The notes under the pieces are model-generated. The model was not told the DNA's origin. It did not search any database and saw only the letters and a program-made list of their open reading frames with translations. Source: Microbacterium sp. (GTDB taxonomy: Bacteria; Actinomycetota; Actinomycetes; Actinomycetales; Microbacteriaceae). From it: a stretch of DNA of 64,000 bases. Location of the stretch: the NCBI RefSeq assembly GCF_047606385.1, contig NZ_JASGEL010000091.1:1785-65784 (forward strand). The letters run 5' to 3'. Every line of letters starts with the position of its first letter. Position 1 is the stretch's first letter. Positions 60,622 through 64,000 of this stretch are shown here, in pieces. Both the position numbers and the translations under genes were made by a program.

Positions 60622-61224
60622 GTGTCAACTTCAGGGAAGAGCTACCATCACGGCGACCTGCGCGCCGCGTTGCTGACGGAGGCGATGCGGATGGTGGAGG
60701 CCGGCGAGGCCTTCTCGCTGCGAGCGGTCGCGCGGGAAGCCGGCGTCTCGCCGACGGCGCCGTATCGGCATTTCACGGACCGCGACGCACTCGAGTCCGC
60801 GCTGGCCGCCCAGGGCCTGCGCGACCTGCTCTCCGACCTCACCGAGGGACGCCCGCCGGTGGTGACGCCGGAGGACCTGACGGAGATCGCGGTCGCCTAC
60901 GTCGACTTCGCGCTCCGACGTCCCGAGCTGTTCCGCCTGATGTTCACCAACGCCTGCGACGAGCAGAACGAAGAGCGCGCGCGGGCAGCCGGGCAGATCC
61001 ATGAGCTGCTGGGCCGCGCCATGCTCGGAGTGTTCCCGGATGCGGACGCCGAGGCCATGGCCTCGGCGGGCTGGGCCCTCGCGCACGGCCTGGCCTGCCT
61101 GTACCTGGACGGCAAGCTCCTCGCGGCATCGCGTGCGGACGTCGCCGTCCACGTCCGCCGCGCGTTCGCCGCGATCCTCACCGCCCGCCCGAGCGCAGTC
61201 CAGCCGGGATCGTCCTCGTCCTGA
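60622..61224 (+). CDS. TetR/AcrR-family transcriptional regulator
   Basis: 200 aa with a GTG start and the N-terminus YHHGDLRAALL...FSLRAVAREAGVSPTAPYRHF. Confidence 0.85.
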   Translation: MSTSGKSYHHGDLRAALLTEAMRMVEAGEAFSLRAVAREAGVSPTAPYRHFTDRDALESALAAQGLRDLLSDLTEGRPPVVTPEDLTEIAVAYVDFALRRPELFRLMFTNACDEQNEERARAAGQIHELLGRAMLGVFPDADAEAMASAGWALAHGLACLYLDGKLLAASRADVAVHVRRAFAAILTARPSAVQPGSSSS

Positions 61225-61230
61225 CCGCGG

Positions 61231-62115
61231 TCAGGGCTCGTCGATGACGACGTCGAAGAAGGCGTCGCGGGGCTGGTCGGGATCGGGGCCGCCCCGCATC
61301 CCGGTGTCGAGTCCGTCGATGCGTGCCACCTCCCCGGCGTCCAGCACGAAGTCGAACACGTCGATGTTCGCCGCGATGCGCTCCGGGTTCACGGACTTCG
61401 GGATCACCGAGCGGCCCTGCTGGATCCCCCATCGCAGCATGACCTGCGCCGGGGTCCTGCCGTGCGCGGCGGCGATCTCGGCGATCGTCGGATCGTCCAT
61501 CACGCTGTGCGTGCCGTCGCCCCAGCCCGGGTAGAAGGTGATCCCGCCGATCGGCGACCACGCCTGGGTCAGGATGCCGTGCGCCGCGTCCGCCGCCTGC
61601 ACGTCCGGCTGGGCGAAGTAGGGATGCACCTCGACCTGGTTGACGGCGGGCACGACATCGGTCTCGGCGAGGAGCGCGTCGAGGTGGTGGGGCATGAAGT
61701 TGCTCACGCCGATCGACCGCACGCGGCCCTCGGCGAGGAGGGTCTCCAGCGCCCGGTATGCCGCGATCGTCGTGTCGAAGCGGGTGGGAGCCGGCTGATG
61801 CAGGATCAGCAGGTCGAGCGTGTCGACGCCGAGCTTCCCCGTCGCCTTCTCGAAGGCGTGCAGCGTCTTGTCGTACCCGTAGTCGCTGACCCACACCTTC
61901 GTCTCCAGGAACACGTCGCCGCGCGGGATGCCGAAGCGTCGCAAGCCCTCGCCGACCTGGCGTTCGTTGCGGTACGCGGCGGCGGTGTCGATGTGGCGGT
62001 AGCCGATGCGCAGCGCGGCATCGACGGCTGCGGCCGTCTCCTCGGGCGGGCTCTGGAACACGCCGAGGCCGAGGGCGGGGAGGGTGACGCCGTTGTTCAG
62101 GGTGAGGTCGATCAT
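61231..62115 (-). CDS. Aldo/keto reductase (DkgA-like)
   Basis: 294 aa with LGLGVF, YRHIDTAAAYRNE and LETKVW motifs. Confidence 0.9.
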   Translation of the reverse strand: MIDLTLNNGVTLPALGLGVFQSPPEETAAAVDAALRIGYRHIDTAAAYRNERQVGEGLRRFGIPRGDVFLETKVWVSDYGYDKTLHAFEKATGKLGVDTLDLLILHQPAPTRFDTTIAAYRALETLLAEGRVRSIGVSNFMPHHLDALLAETDVVPAVNQVEVHPYFAQPDVQAADAAHGILTQAWSPIGGITFYPGWGDGTHSVMDDPTIAEIAAAHGRTPAQVMLRWGIQQGRSVIPKSVNPERIAANIDVFDFVLDAGEVARIDGLDTGMRGGPDPDQPRDAFFDVVIDEP

Positions 62116-62239
62116 GATCGTGGATCCTTCCGGTCGTGCGGAGTCGCATCCTCCAGCAGACGCCCGCCGTCGTCGTCTCGGCAGTCACCGGTATCCCCGG
62201 TACTGGCAGACCCTCCCTCACGATGACCGGGCGGCGTAG

Positions 62240-64000
<1,761 letters not shown>

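Overview
This is a 64-kb window of roughly 70% GC actinobacterial chromosome. Gene content looks Micrococcales/Microbacteriaceae-like, but I cannot verify the taxon here. I support about 60 protein-coding genes. I found no rRNA, tRNA, CRISPR array, transposase or integrase. Many long Arg/Pro/Gly/Ala-rich ORFs in the six-frame track are antisense or off-frame artefacts of the GC bias and are not reported as genes.

Layout:
- 14-5016: a Zur-box-controlled zinc module, znuACB-zur-permease-TIGR03943.
- 5058-9911: an aminotransferase gene followed by the bkd 2-oxoacid dehydrogenase operon, with an unusual triplicated repeat between the E1alpha and E1beta genes.
- 9993-20506: housekeeping and miscellaneous genes. 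These include a holin-family membrane protein, a small helical protein coupled to an alpha/beta-hydrolase, LMW-PTP, purB, membrane proteins, a CopZ-like gene behind a CsoR-type operator, SRPBCC, HupE/UreJ plus DUF3500, and a TetR pair.
- 20517-21715: a DUF559 gene bracketed by two copies of a ~100-bp element with terminal inverted repeats. A third copy lies at 16132-16219.
- 22104-50747: a ~29-kb catabolic island of unknown substrate. Most of it (26318-50747) is a 21-gene co-directional minus-strand array. Contents: amidohydrolase, 2OG oxygenase, two FCD-GntR regulators, a GAF-PucR regulator, a DUF1537 kinase, an HIBADH-like dehydrogenase, a two-component flavin monooxygenase, an MFS transporter, a peptide-type ABC transporter, two DAO-type flavoproteins, hydantoinase A/B, an orphan 195-aa protein, a TPP enzyme and a TIM-barrel isomerase.
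- 50904-59530: a putA-proC-short NAD-GDH operon with a divergent LysR regulator.
- 59613-64000: SDR/TetR, AKR/MmyB-like regulator, and a partial AKR gene that is missing from the ORF track.

The most interesting signal is an AT-rich palindromic motif, TTGCATGC(N)AA. It recurs only in the intergenic or promoter regions of the island. Two operons share an 18/20-nt operator-like module and an 11-mer with the promoter of one GntR gene. Together this predicts an island-wide regulon for an uncharacterised pathway.
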